The notes: generated from the sequence alone by a model not told the origin. A stretch of DNA of 32,000 nucleotides from Pasteurella multocida (GCF_900187275.1 NZ_LT906458.1:1890001-1922000), one strand, 5' to 3'; shown: positions 1 to 9,211, counted from the stretch's first letter. Program-made: numbers and translations.

Positions 1-312
1 ATCGCCAACATTGATGTGTGGTTGAATTGCGCCGGTTGTGCCAATGCGTAAGAAGGTGCGAACACCTAATTGTGCCAGTTCTTCAACGGCGATAGAAACT
101 GAAGGTCCACCGATCCCTGTGGAACAGACGACAACAGCTTTATCTCCGATATAACCGAGCCAAGAGGTGAATTCACGGGTCGATGCTAAAAATTTTGGAC
201 GGTCTAAAAGCTTGGCAATTTTTTCGACACGTTCTGGGGCGCCTGGGGTAATCGCTAAAGTGGCGCCTTCTAACATCGCTTTGGTTAAACCTAGATGGAA
301 TACTTCTGACAT
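1..312 (-). CDS. udp: Uridine phosphorylase, N-terminal 104 codons (gene runs off the left edge)
   Basis: My reverse-strand translation from the ATG at 312 is [104 protein letters not shown]. It is co-linear with E. coli Udp as I recall it ([26 protein letters not shown]). GGAG lies 5 nt upstream of the ATG. The gene is missing from the ORF track because it is open at the window edge. Confidence 0.9.
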   Translation of the reverse strand, partial: MSEVFHLGLTKAMLEGATLAITPGAPERVEKIAKLLDRPKFLASTREFTSWLGYIGDKAVVVCSTGIGGPSVSIAVEELAQLGVRTFLRIGTTGAIQPHINVGD

Positions 313-334
313 AATATCTCCTTATTTTATTATG

Positions 335-787
335 CTAGGGTTTAATATCACGCAAAATTGGATTTTGCATTGAGATTAAAGTCTCAGTCGATTGAATTTC
401 ATCAATTAACTGAATTTTTGAGGCTAATACAGAATGTAACTCTGCGATTGTGTGGGTCATCACTTTAATAAAAATCGAGTAATTTCCCGTGGTATAGTAA
501 GCCTCAACAACTTCATCAAAGCCCTCCAGTTTTTTGATCACTTTATCGTAATCTTTTGCACTTTTTAAAATGATCCCGATAAAACAGCATACATCGTAAC
601 CCAGTTTACGTTCATTTATACGCACTTTTGTGCCTTCTATGATGCCTGCTTGGCGCATTTTTTCCACACGTACATGGATAGTTCCTGGGCTCACACCGAA
701 ATTTTTTGCCATTTCAGCGTAAGGTGTACGTGCATCTTTAGTTAAAACACGCAATATTTGCTGATCAAGATTATCAATATTGTGCAT
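335..787 (-). CDS. asnC: AsnC, Lrp/AsnC-family transcriptional regulator of asnA
   Basis: 150-aa ORF. The HTH segment TPYAEMAKNFGVSPGTIHVRVEKMRQAGII and the C-terminal segments GIILKSAKDY, EAYYTTGNYSIFIKVM and IDEIQSTETLI match E. coli AsnC nearly residue for residue. It is divergent from asnA, as in E. coli. Confidence 0.95.
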   Translation of the reverse strand: MHNIDNLDQQILRVLTKDARTPYAEMAKNFGVSPGTIHVRVEKMRQAGIIEGTKVRINERKLGYDVCCFIGIILKSAKDYDKVIKKLEGFDEVVEAYYTTGNYSIFIKVMTHTIAELHSVLASKIQLIDEIQSTETLISMQNPILRDIKP

Positions 788-944
788 AGCTGACCTTTTT
801 TAGAATTTTTTCAAAAATAAATACGTTATATTGTATAAAATTCAAAGTATATCGCTTATTTCAAAAAAAGTATTGAGTTATAGGGCTTTTGTATTAAATA
901 ATATTCAGTGAATTTGATGTAGTATATATTTTAAGGTATCGAAA

Positions 945-1937
945 ATGAAGAAATCATTTATTTTACAACAACAAGAAATTAGTTTTGCGAAGAACACGTT
1001 CACAGAAAAATTAGCAGAACATTTGGGTATTGTTGAAGTTCAAGGTCCTATCCTAAGCCAAGTTGGTAATGGTATTCAAGATAATCTTTCAGGTGCAGAG
1101 AAAGCGGTGCAAGTAAATGTGAAACAGATCACAGATGCCACCTTTGAGGTTGTTCACTCTTTAGCCAAATGGAAACGTCATACACTTGCGCGCTTTAATT
1201 TTGCACAAGGTGAAGGGTTATTTGTGCATATGACGGCACTTCGTCCAGATGAAGATTCTTTAGATCAAACCCATTCTGTGTATGTAGATCAATGGGACTG
1301 GGAAAAAGTGATTTCAGCAGAGCAACGTAACCTTGCCTATTTGAAAGAAACTGTTCGTGCTATTTATGCCGCGATTTTAGAAACGGAAGAAGCGGTAAGT
1401 AAAAAATTCGGTTTAGCCACCTTTTTGCCAAAGGATATTCAGTTTGTACACAGTGAAGAATTAGTACAACGTTTTCCGAACATGAATGATAAAGAGCGTG
1501 AAAATGCGATTTGTAAAGAATATGGCGCGGTGTTCTTAATCGGGATTGGTGGCAAATTATCTGATGGAAAACCACATGATGTACGTGCACCTGATTATGA
1601 TGACTGGACAACGCCATCAGAAGGTGAATACAAAGGATTAAACGGGGATATTTTGGTTTGGAACCCAATTTTAGAACGTGCTTTTGAATTATCTTCCATG
1701 GGGATCCGTGTGGATGAAACCGCATTACGTAAACAGCTTGCTTTAACCAACAATGAAGACCGTTTAAAATTTGATTGGCACCAAGATTTAGTCAATGGTC
1801 GTTTACCGTTATCTATCGGTGGTGGGATTGGGCGCTCACGCTTAGTGATGTTGCTATTACAGAAAAAACACATTGGTGAAGTCCAATCCAGTGTGTGGCC
1901 AAAATGGGTGATGGAGCAGTTTGATAATATTCTTTAA
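945..1937 (+). CDS. asnA: Aspartate-ammonia ligase (asparagine synthetase A)
   Basis: 330-aa ORF of the right length and N-terminus for AsnA ([63 protein letters not shown]). AAGG lies upstream of the ATG. The divergent asnC partner supports the call. Confidence 0.95.
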
Positions 1938-1965
1938 TTATCGTTATTTGTTTCCCTCTTGAACC

Positions 1966-2008
1966 AAAAGTGCGGTGGTTTTTTCCAAGATTTCCACCGC
2001 ACTTTTTT
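1966..2008 (+). terminator. Rho-independent terminator of asnA built from an inverted USS pair
   Basis: aaaagtgcggtgg (1966-1978) pairs perfectly with ccaccgcactttt (1994-2006), a 13-bp stem, and is followed by a T run. Each arm contains a perfect USS 9-mer (1968-1976 on +, 1996-2004 on -). Confidence 0.8.
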
Positions 2009-2039
2009 CTTTCTTATTCTGAAAGGAAAGTAAAGCGAT

Positions 2040-2064
2040 AAAAAAAGGGTGGACTGCGCCACCC
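2040..2064 (-). terminator. Probable terminator of murP
   Basis: gggtgg (2047-2052) pairs with ccaccc (2059-2064) around a 6-nt loop. Read on the minus strand, the hairpin is followed by a 7-nt T run (complement of A 2040-2046). It lies 56 nt past the murP stop. Confidence 0.55.
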
Positions 2065-2119
2065 AAATTTAGATATCCATAATGTTCCTATGAGAAAAAG
2101 TACGGCTTAGCAAAAATGT

Positions 2120-3550
2120 TTAGCTTAAATCGACATCTTTCGTCGCAAAGAAATAGGTTGTGATAAAGCCTGTTGCGTAAGCGACAACGGTACCTAATAA
2201 ATAAGTAGCGATAGCCGGCAATACACCATTCGGCGAGGTCATTAATGGGATCGCAAGTAATCCAGATGGACCAAAGACTGTATTTAACCCCATTGGGAAA
2301 CCTAAGTAGGCGATTAACCCAATAGTAAAGCCGCCCGCGGCACCACCGATACAGGCTGTAATAAACGGTTTTACTCGCGGTAAGGTTACCCCGTAAATCA
2401 GCGGTTCGCCGATACCTAAAAAGCCCGGAATAATTGCCCCTTTGATTTGATCACGCAAGACGGCGCCTTTGTTTGCTTTGAAGTAAAGCGCTAACGCGGC
2501 ACCCACTTGTCCTGCGCCTGCCATAGCAAGCACTGGGAAGAGCGCGTTAAAGCCTTGTGTTTCCACTAAGGCAAAATAGACCGGGACAAAACCTTGGTGA
2601 ATACCGAGCATAACGGAAATAAGGAATAAGCCTGCTAGAACGGCGGTACCCAATGGATTGCCATTTAAGTTAGAGAATAACCAAGACATTCCATTAAAGA
2701 GATACACCCCAATTGGCATGATAAATAAGAAGGTAAAACAACCCATAATTAATAGCGTAACCGTGGAAGTTAATGCCATATCTAAGCTATCAGGAATGAA
2801 TTTTCTGACCCAACGTTCGACTTTTGCCCCAACAATTGCTGCGATTAAAACCCCGATGATGTTACCGCGTGGGTCAATAGTTAAGCCAAAGAAATTGCTT
2901 AATCCAGAATAAATCCCTTTGGTCGCTTCTGGGTTATAGCCCAAGATAAATAAAGAGGCAAGGATTGCGCCGTTGACACCCGAACCCCCAAAGGCTTTCG
3001 CTGCATTATAACCAATCAGAATACTTAAAAAGCTAAATAAGCCTTTACTGAACACTTTCATGTACGCAATCAAATCCACTAAAAACGCATTTGGATTTTC
3101 TACCCCAGCCACAAAGGCTTGTTGCAATACGGTGGCTAAGCCTAGGAGTAAGCCTGCGCCAATAAAACCCGGGATGAGCGGGGTAAAAATAGTGGCAAAC
3201 TTCGCAAAGAATTGATGGATACTACTCGTTTGAGCAGACTTAATTTGTTGTTTTTGGGTGCGTGCAATCTCTTGGAGAGAAGGCGAACTCATGTTATCCC
3301 CTAAGCTGGCTTTCATCATTTCCGCGGCTTTTGTTGCTTTACCCGGACCAAGAATCAGTTGGAGTTGCTCATCCGCTTCGACAACACCTAGCACACCTTG
3401 GATTTTTTTTAACTCGTCTTTATCAACAACGGACGAATCGTGCAAGGTGACACGCAAACGTGTCATACAATTAGTGACACTTTGGATGTTGCTTTTTCCA
3501 CCTAGGTGCTGGATGAGCGAGTGGATCATCGCATTATCAATTGTTGCCAT
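2120..3550 (-). CDS. murP: PTS N-acetylmuramic acid-specific EIIBC component
   Basis: 476-aa ORF. The EIIB motif NCMTRLRV and long stretches ([59 protein letters not shown]) are co-linear with E. coli MurP. It sits immediately downstream of murQ. GGAG RBS present. Confidence 0.93.
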   Translation of the reverse strand: MATIDNAMIHSLIQHLGGKSNIQSVTNCMTRLRVTLHDSSVVDKDELKKIQGVLGVVEADEQLQLILGPGKATKAAEMMKASLGDNMSSPSLQEIARTQKQQIKSAQTSSIHQFFAKFATIFTPLIPGFIGAGLLLGLATVLQQAFVAGVENPNAFLVDLIAYMKVFSKGLFSFLSILIGYNAAKAFGGSGVNGAILASLFILGYNPEATKGIYSGLSNFFGLTIDPRGNIIGVLIAAIVGAKVERWVRKFIPDSLDMALTSTVTLLIMGCFTFLFIMPIGVYLFNGMSWLFSNLNGNPLGTAVLAGLFLISVMLGIHQGFVPVYFALVETQGFNALFPVLAMAGAGQVGAALALYFKANKGAVLRDQIKGAIIPGFLGIGEPLIYGVTLPRVKPFITACIGGAAGGFTIGLIAYLGFPMGLNTVFGPSGLLAIPLMTSPNGVLPAIATYLLGTVVAYATGFITTYFFATKDVDLS

Positions 3551-3561
3551 AACGTTCTCCT

Positions 3562-4467
3562 TTATTTAACCAAAGTTAATGCTTGGTGAATAAAACCATT
3601 GGCTTGCGCCAAGCAGTTTTTTGCTTCTTCTGCCGACATATTCAGCAATAGCATGACAATCGCCACTTTACATTGTCCGTTTGATTGTAATAAGGCTTGT
3701 TCCGCTTGTTGGCGATCACATTGCGTCACTTCCATGACAATGTTTTTTTGGCGCTCGACTAATTTCTCGTTGGTTGCCACTACATCGACCATTAAATTAC
3801 CAAAAACTTTGCCTGTTTTTATCATCGCCCCTGTCGTGAGCATATTGAGAATCAATTTTTGTGCGGTACCTGCTTTCATTCGTGAAGAACCCGTAATCAC
3901 TTCAGGACCAACAATAGGTGTGATCGCAATGTTAGCAAGCGCGGCTAAAGCGGAATCCGGATTACAGCTAATGCCTACAGTGACACAGCCAACGTGATTT
4001 GCATATTCGATGCCAGCAAGGACATAGGGGGTGCGACCACTGGCGGCAATACCAACAACCACATCTTTTTCATTCAGCGCTAAGTTACGTAGATCTTGCT
4101 CACCGGCGCTACGGTCATCTTCGGCATTTTCAACTGCTTTTAAAATGGCTTGTTGTCCACCTGCGATGAGTCCCACAACTTGTTCATGGGGGGTACCAAA
4201 CGTTGGTGGGCATTCACTCGCATCTAAAATGCCTAAGCGTCCTGATGTGCCCGCGCCTAAATAGATTAACCGCCCATTTTTCATGAAGGTTTCAGCAATG
4301 GCATCGACCGCTTGGGCGATTTCTGGTAAAACTTTTTCGATAGCAAAAGGAACTTTTTGGTCTTCCTGATTAATAACTGCTAACATGTCTAAAGTTGAAA
4401 GCTGGTCGATATGTGTACTAAATGGATTCCGACTTTCGGTGACGAGCGCATGTATGGCATTTGGCAT
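3562..4467 (-). CDS. murQ: N-acetylmuramic acid 6-phosphate etherase
   Basis: SIS-domain protein with the MurQ hallmarks [34 protein letters not shown] and [13 protein letters not shown] moved the start to the ATG at 4467 (MPNAIH...) because GGAGG sits 8 nt upstream. The track start at 4482 is a TTG. Confidence 0.93.
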   Translation of the reverse strand: MPNAIHALVTESRNPFSTHIDQLSTLDMLAVINQEDQKVPFAIEKVLPEIAQAVDAIAETFMKNGRLIYLGAGTSGRLGILDASECPPTFGTPHEQVVGLIAGGQQAILKAVENAEDDRSAGEQDLRNLALNEKDVVVGIAASGRTPYVLAGIEYANHVGCVTVGISCNPDSALAALANIAITPIVGPEVITGSSRMKAGTAQKLILNMLTTGAMIKTGKVFGNLMVDVVATNEKLVERQKNIVMEVTQCDRQQAEQALLQSNGQCKVAIVMLLLNMSAEEAKNCLAQANGFIHQALTLVK

Positions 4468-4541
4468 AAAAAATTCCTCCAATGACTTTACTTTGGATTA
4501 TTTTATTCCAAAATGCCTCAATAATGGAGATTATTTATTCA

Positions 4542-4563
4542 TTCTGTGAGCTTGCTCACTTTT
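4542..4563. promoter_or_regulatory. Near-consensus CRP (cAMP receptor protein) site in the murQ/murR divergent region
   Basis: ttcTGTGAgcttgcTCACTttt has 9 of 10 core positions of TGTGA-N6-TCACA. A minus-strand TAAAAT (4505-4500) would place the site near -60 of a murQ promoter. Confidence 0.55.
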
Positions 4564-4586
4564 TATTCTTATACGGGAGCTGCCCT

Positions 4587-5447
4587 ATGGGATTTTTAAT
4601 TAAGCTGAAACATACTTATCCTTCGCTTTCCCCGAATGAACAGCGAATTGCAGACTTTATTTTAAAACATCCACACGAAGTAAAATCTTCTTCATCAAAA
4701 GCGTTAGCAAATCAAATTGCCGTGAGCCAATCTGCGATCATTAAGTTTAGCCAGAAGTTAGGTGCGGATAAATTTAGTGATTTCAAACTGGCGATTAGTG
4801 AGGCATTGATTCGTCAAGAGACACTGTCAGAACCGCGTGTCCATTTACACGACAGTATTACCGATAAAGACGATTTAAGTGAAATTGCAGAAAAACTGTT
4901 TGTAGAAAAACAACAGGCATTGAAAGAAAGTTTAAGTTTGAACGCGATTCCTTATGTTGCGCGTGTAGTTGAGCAGCTCATGCAGGCGAAACGTATTCAG
5001 TTGATGGGCATTGGGAATTCTGCGTTAGTGGCTAAAGATTTCTTTTATAAATTAACGAAAATTGGTTTGCCCGTTGTGACCGAAACGGATACTCATGCTT
5101 CTTTAGCAATGAGCCAGAGTTTAACGCCACAAGATATTCTTTTTTTGATTTCGTTTTCTGGACGCCACCGCGAAATTTTATTGGCGGCAGAGAATGCCAA
5201 AGCTCGCCAGATTAAAATAATCGCGTTGACGGCGTTAACGACCAATCCATTGCATGAATTAGCAGATTATTTACTCTATTCGGTTGCCGATGAGTCCACG
5301 TTTCGTAGTTCATCCATTGCTTCACGAACAGCACAGCATGCGATAACAGACTTGTTATTTATGGGTATCTTGCAACAGAAAGAACATGCCAATGACCTGA
5401 TTTTAGAAAGCCGTGCCTTGATTGGTCAACTGAACAAAGGACGTTAG
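4587..5447 (+). CDS. murR: RpiR-family HTH/SIS regulator of MurNAc catabolism
   Basis: N-terminal RpiR-type HTH (LSPNEQRIADFILKHPHEV...ALANQIAVSQSAIIKFSQKLG) plus a SIS domain (GIGNSALVAKDF, ISFSGRHRE). It is divergent from murQP. The start is set at ATG 4587 (MGFLIKL), which has GGGAG 7 nt upstream. The 35 extra codons in the track cover the promoter region. Confidence 0.85.
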   Translation: MGFLIKLKHTYPSLSPNEQRIADFILKHPHEVKSSSSKALANQIAVSQSAIIKFSQKLGADKFSDFKLAISEALIRQETLSEPRVHLHDSITDKDDLSEIAEKLFVEKQQALKESLSLNAIPYVARVVEQLMQAKRIQLMGIGNSALVAKDFFYKLTKIGLPVVTETDTHASLAMSQSLTPQDILFLISFSGRHREILLAAENAKARQIKIIALTALTTNPLHELADYLLYSVADESTFRSSSIASRTAQHAITDLLFMGILQQKEHANDLILESRALIGQLNKGR

Positions 5448-5453
5448 GACAAG

Positions 5454-5485
5454 CCAAAAAGTGCGGTGTTTTTTTGGATTTTTTT
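5454..5485 (+). terminator. Weak terminator-like hairpin after murR containing a USS
   Basis: ccaaaaa (5454-5460) pairs with tttttgg (5471-5477), followed by a T run (5479-5485). The loop carries part of a perfect USS (5459-5467). The stem is AT-rich, so the call is uncertain. Confidence 0.4.
5459..5467 (+). repeat. Uptake signal sequence (USS) core AAGTGCGGT
   Basis: Exact 9-mer match, intergenic. Confidence 0.9.
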
Positions 5486-5548
5486 GTTAAGTGCAAGAGG
5501 TATGTGTTCTTTAACAATTTCTTTACAAGAAAGCAGGAGCATGATAAA

Positions 5549-5564
5549 AAGCAAACGTTTGCAC
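5549..5564. promoter_or_regulatory. PurR/LacI-family-type operator upstream of the TAXI-TRAP operon
   Basis: AAGCAAACGTTTGCAC, whose core GCAAACGTTTGC (5551-5562) is a perfect 12-bp CG-centred palindrome. It matches the E. coli PurR box consensus as I recall it (ANGMAAACGTTTKCNT) at 13 of 14 specified positions. A possible promoter overlaps it: TTTACA 5522-5527, 17 nt, TAAAAA 5545-5550. Confidence 0.5.
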
Positions 5565-5629
5565 ATGGAAAATCATGAATTGCAACGACATCATTTCGCT
5601 TGCCTCTCCCAACAACACAGGAGCCACGT

Positions 5630-6649
5630 ATGAAAAAAATGAAATTTACGCTCAGCATTGCAGCAACAACATTATTTGCGCTTTCACTTTCTGCTTGTGA
5701 TGACAAGAAGACCGCAACGGTTTCGACTGCTTCAAGTAATAATCCAACCACCGCGGCAGAGACCCCTGTGAGTGTACAAAGTAAGTTTGTGACAATTGCA
5801 ACAGGTGGTGCGTCAGGACCATACAATATTATTGCGACCACGTTATCAGATATTTACAGCAAATCTTTAAAAACCAATTCAAAAACGCAAACCACAGGTG
5901 CCTCAGTGGAAAACTTGAATTTAATGGCACAGAAAAAAGTGGAAATGGCATTTGTGATGAGTGATGCCTTAAACGATGCACTTAATGGGACAGGGAGCTT
6001 TCCAGCGAAATTAGAAAATGTCACTCAAATGGCGGCGTTATATCCTAATTACGTACAAATTGTCACGTCTAAACGTTCTGGCATTAAAACCATTACCGAT
6101 TTAAAAGGAAAACGTGTCGCCACAGGCGCACAAAACTCAGGGGTGGAAGTGAATGCACGCAATTTATTAGCGGGCTTTGGCATTACTTATTCTGATATTA
6201 ATGTGGATTATTTAGGGTATGCCGAAGCCGCGGATGCGTTAAAAGCGGGATCGATTGACGCAGCATTCTTAACCAGTGGGTTGCCAAACTCCTCATTACT
6301 TGAATTACAACAAAGTTTTGATTTGCAATTGGTGGCGATTCCAGTAGAAGGTGTACAAAAACTCGCCGAGTCTAAGCCGTATTTTAACGCGATGGAAATT
6401 CCTGCGAATACTTATGGTAACGAAGAGCCGATTCCAACCGCGGCAATTAAAAATGCCTTAGTAGTGCGTAAAGATATGAGTGAGGCGGATGTGTATTTAT
6501 TGACGAAAACCTTCTTTGACAGTTTAGCGCAATTACAAACGGCACATCAGGCTGCGAAGGCCGTGAGTTTAGAGGGGGCGCAGCAAGGCTTGGTGGCACC
6601 ATTGCATTCTGGTGCGCAAAAATATTATGACGAAGTGAGTAAAAAATAA
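5630..6649 (+). CDS. TAXI-family TRAP transporter solute receptor, lipoprotein
   Basis: Start set at ATG 5630 (MKKMKFTLSIAATTLFALSLSAC) with AGGAG 6 nt upstream. Lipobox LSAC (Cys23) is followed by a Thr/Ser/Ala-rich linker. The body has the typical TAXI/Imp layout (IATGGASGPY, KRVATGAQNSGVEVNAR). It is the first gene of a receptor/DUF1850/permease operon. Confidence 0.85.
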   Translation: MKKMKFTLSIAATTLFALSLSACDDKKTATVSTASSNNPTTAAETPVSVQSKFVTIATGGASGPYNIIATTLSDIYSKSLKTNSKTQTTGASVENLNLMAQKKVEMAFVMSDALNDALNGTGSFPAKLENVTQMAALYPNYVQIVTSKRSGIKTITDLKGKRVATGAQNSGVEVNARNLLAGFGITYSDINVDYLGYAEAADALKAGSIDAAFLTSGLPNSSLLELQQSFDLQLVAIPVEGVQKLAESKPYFNAMEIPANTYGNEEPIPTAAIKNALVVRKDMSEADVYLLTKTFFDSLAQLQTAHQAAKAVSLEGAQQGLVAPLHSGAQKYYDEVSKK

Positions 6650-6658
6650 GATCAACCT

Positions 6659-7138
6659 ATGTTGAGCAAACGCAGCAAGCTGATGTGGGGATTAGCAGCT
6701 TTCACACTGCTTGCTGGGTTATTGCCAGTTAATTATTTGGTGGTGACGACAGCGCAGACCCGTTGCTATTTGCGTGCACCGGAATTTAGTTTGCAATGGC
6801 GACATTCTGTAGAGCACCAATTGTGGCAGGAGCATTATCGGCATGACGGCAAAAGGCTATTTTTGTACCAGACGTGGTTACAAACCTTTGGTGCTGGCAC
6901 GCCTTCTCAGGGAACCTCTCTCGTTAATGTTCCGCCGGGTTATATTGGTTATGAACAACAGGTTACATTCGCGGAATTAGATTGGGTGGTTTCTCGTCGT
7001 ATGGAAGGCACCATTAATAGCGCGAATTGGCATTTCCCGATTTATCAAACCTTACCCGATTATTCCACTGTCAATATTAAACCAACACAATCGCCTTTGA
7101 TTCTTTTTTTGTTAGGGAGTGCATGTAATGACGGATAA
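6659..7138 (+). CDS. DUF1850-like small membrane-anchored protein of TAXI-TRAP operons
   Basis: 159-aa ORF beginning 9 nt after the receptor stop and overlapping the permease start by 11 nt. It has a basic N-terminus and then one hydrophobic helix (LMWGLAAFTLLAGLLPVNYLVV). Its position between a TAXI receptor and a fused permease is where DUF1850 genes are typically annotated. The family assignment is from memory. Confidence 0.65.
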   Translation: MLSKRSKLMWGLAAFTLLAGLLPVNYLVVTTAQTRCYLRAPEFSLQWRHSVEHQLWQEHYRHDGKRLFLYQTWLQTFGAGTPSQGTSLVNVPPGYIGYEQQVTFAELDWVVSRRMEGTINSANWHFPIYQTLPDYSTVNIKPTQSPLILFLLGSACNDG

Positions 7139-9110
7139 AATCCAAACAGATACTACTAATCTCGGTAGCCGAGAACAAGCGATCTTAGAAAAATATGATC
7201 GCGAATCGGTGACCCGACAGACCAATCCTTTGCAAAAAGGGCTCATTACGGTCATTGCCGTGTGCTATTCCTTATTTCATCTCTACATTACGTTTTATCC
7301 TCTACCGACTTTATTACAACGTGCGATTCATGTTGGCGTTGGGGCAATTTTGATTTTTTTAATTTATCCTGCGACACAAAAACATCGGCAGGGTGGTGTC
7401 GCTTGGTATGACTGGCTATGGGTCGGGATTGCTAGCCTTGGCATGGGGTATTTAGTCCATCAGTATAACGACATTATGACGATTCGCGGTGGGATTCCAA
7501 ATACGGCAGATATTGTGGTGGCTATTCTGACGGTATTGGCGGTGTTAGAAGTCACTCGTCGTATAACCGGACTGATTCTCGTACTTTTTGCTTTGCTTTT
7601 CCTTGCGTATCCTTTTGTGAGTTCAATGGATTTTATTCCTGACCGTTTACTGACCCGCCCTTATGATGTGGGGGATATTTTTGGTCAACTTTATCTCAAA
7701 ACCGAAGGGTTATATTCCTCAGCAATCGGCGCCTCGGTGACGTTCATTTTCTTGTTTATTTTGTTTGGTGCCTTTCTTGCTAAATCGGGGATGGGGCAGT
7801 TATTTAATGACATCGCGCTAGCCATTGCCGGCGATAAACAAGGGGGACCGGCGAAAGTGGCGGTGATTTCAAGTGGCTTTATGGGCAGTATTAATGGGGC
7901 GGCAGTGGCAAATGTGGTCAGCACGGGCGCGTTTACGATCCCTTTAATGAAAAAAATCGGCTATCACCGCAATTTTGCCGGGGCAGTAGAAGCAAGTGCT
8001 TCGGTAGGTGGACAAATTCTGCCACCGATTATGGGCGCGAGTGCGTTTATTATGGCGGAAACAACAGGCGTGAGTTACGGCACGATTGCACTTGCCGCAC
8101 TTTTTCCTGCCGTGTTGTATTATCTTGGAGTGATTGCGCAAGTGCATTTCCGTGCGGGTAAACAAAACTTGAAAGGATTGTCAAAAGATCAATTACCGCA
8201 GTTTAAAGCGATTATGAAAGCGCGTGGGCATATGTTATTGCCGATTGTTGCATTGGTGTGGTTTTTGATTGAATCAGTGCCGATTGGTTATGCGGCGGTT
8301 TATACCATTGGGATTACGGTATTAATTAGCCAGTTGCGCAAAGAAACACGTATGGGAATAAAGGAAATTATTGCTGCGTTGGAAGATGGGGCGAAACAAT
8401 CACTGTCGGTCATGGCGGCTTGTGCGGTCGTCGGGATTGTGATTGGCGTGGTGAATTTAACCAGTTTTGGCACAGTAATTACCTCGTCTATTGTGACTTT
8501 GGGGGCAGGCTCGTTATTATTCACCTTATTTTTAACCATGATTGCGTCTATGATTTTAGGCATGGGCTTGCCGTCTATTCCTGCGTATATCATCACGGCA
8601 ACCATGGCTGCACCCGCACTTGCCACGTTTAATGTCCCTGTGTTAGTGGCACATATGTTTGTGTTTTATTTTGGTATTTTCGCCAATATTACGCCTCCGG
8701 TCGCCTTAGCTGCGTTTGCGGGGGCGGGGATTGCACAGGGCGATCCGATGAAAACAGGCTGGCAATCGCTACGTTTGGCATTGGCGGGTTTTATTGTGCC
8801 GTTTATGTTTGTGTATAACCCGAATATGCTGATGATTGATGTGAGCAATGTCGCGGTGACGGCAAAAACCTTCCCACTCCCTCATATCGTTGACATTATC
8901 AGTGTGTTGATTTCTTCGACAATTGGTGTATTAGGTTTATCAGCTGCCACAGAAGGATATTTCAAACAGGCAATGCCAATTTGGCAACGCGTAATATTAG
9001 CTATTGGTTCTTTTATGTTAATTATTCCAGAGCTAATGACAGATTTGATTGGTATCGCAGTGGTGGCGGTCATGATATGGCTGAATTTCCGTCGACCTTC
9101 ATTGCAGTAA
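7128..9110 (+). CDS. TRAP transporter fused (small+large) permease, TAXI-associated
   Basis: About 660-aa polytopic membrane protein, highly hydrophobic throughout, with motifs such as GPAKVAVISSGFMGSINGAAVANVVSTGAFTIPLMKK and GGQILPPIMGASAFIMAE that are typical of DctM-like large subunits fused to a small-subunit region. Start set at ATG 7128, with AGGGAG 8 nt upstream; the track start at 7119 is a GTG. Confidence 0.88.
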   Translation: MTDKIQTDTTNLGSREQAILEKYDRESVTRQTNPLQKGLITVIAVCYSLFHLYITFYPLPTLLQRAIHVGVGAILIFLIYPATQKHRQGGVAWYDWLWVGIASLGMGYLVHQYNDIMTIRGGIPNTADIVVAILTVLAVLEVTRRITGLILVLFALLFLAYPFVSSMDFIPDRLLTRPYDVGDIFGQLYLKTEGLYSSAIGASVTFIFLFILFGAFLAKSGMGQLFNDIALAIAGDKQGGPAKVAVISSGFMGSINGAAVANVVSTGAFTIPLMKKIGYHRNFAGAVEASASVGGQILPPIMGASAFIMAETTGVSYGTIALAALFPAVLYYLGVIAQVHFRAGKQNLKGLSKDQLPQFKAIMKARGHMLLPIVALVWFLIESVPIGYAAVYTIGITVLISQLRKETRMGIKEIIAALEDGAKQSLSVMAACAVVGIVIGVVNLTSFGTVITSSIVTLGAGSLLFTLFLTMIASMILGMGLPSIPAYIITATMAAPALATFNVPVLVAHMFVFYFGIFANITPPVALAAFAGAGIAQGDPMKTGWQSLRLALAGFIVPFMFVYNPNMLMIDVSNVAVTAKTFPLPHIVDIISVLISSTIGVLGLSAATEGYFKQAMPIWQRVILAIGSFMLIIPELMTDLIGIAVVAVMIWLNFRRPSLQ

Positions 9111-9125
9111 CGCGAGTACATAAAC

Positions 9126-9152
9126 AAAAAGGCGATGGATAATCGCCTTTTT
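9126..9152. terminator. Bidirectional terminator between the TRAP permease (+) and the MarC-family gene (-)
   Basis: aaaaaggcga (9126-9135) pairs with tcgccttttt (9143-9152) around a 7-nt loop. A/T runs on both sides give a U tract on either strand. Confidence 0.75.
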
Positions 9153-9211
9153 GTTGTTGGAATGCAGGGGGAAATCGGTATGAATTCACCGTATGTTCGT
9201 CGTTGTTGTGA

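Noticed and set aside
167-373. 68-aa + strand ORF at the left edge
   Set aside because: It lies antisense to the strongly supported udp N-terminus and the asnC 3' end. It has no RBS, and its translation has no recognisable features.
1360-1873. Two minus-strand ORFs (121 and 92 aa) inside asnA
   Set aside because: They are shadow ORFs antisense to a gene with unambiguous homology. Their composition is low-complexity and His/Cys/Arg-rich, as is typical of antisense frames.
2658-4264. Several + strand ORFs (62-132 aa) inside murP and murQ
   Set aside because: All are antisense shadows of well-supported genes, and none has an RBS or a meaningful sequence.
4482-4586. 35-codon N-terminal extension of murR in the ORF track
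   Set aside because: The extension covers the divergent promoter region, including the CRP site. The internal ATG at 4587 has a GGGAG RBS and gives the normal RpiR-family N-terminus.
5541-5633. 30-codon upstream ORF (MIKSKRLHMENHELQRHHFACLSQQHRSHV) whose TGA overlaps the TAXI receptor ATG
   Set aside because: The ATGA overlap and six His codons make it tempting as a leader peptide. However, its AGGAG is only 1 nt from the ATG, and the His codons are not clustered as in attenuation leaders. The promoter I predict would also start transcription downstream of its ATG. It is worth revisiting only if 5' mapping shows a longer leader.
5359-5841. 160-aa minus-strand ORF spanning the murR end, the intergenic region and the TAXI receptor start
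   Set aside because: It crosses a terminator-like hairpin and the predicted promoter, lies antisense to two good genes, and has no RBS.
7691-9127. Minus- and plus-strand ORFs of 60-108 aa inside the TRAP permease gene
   Set aside because: They are shadow frames of a long hydrophobic membrane-protein gene.
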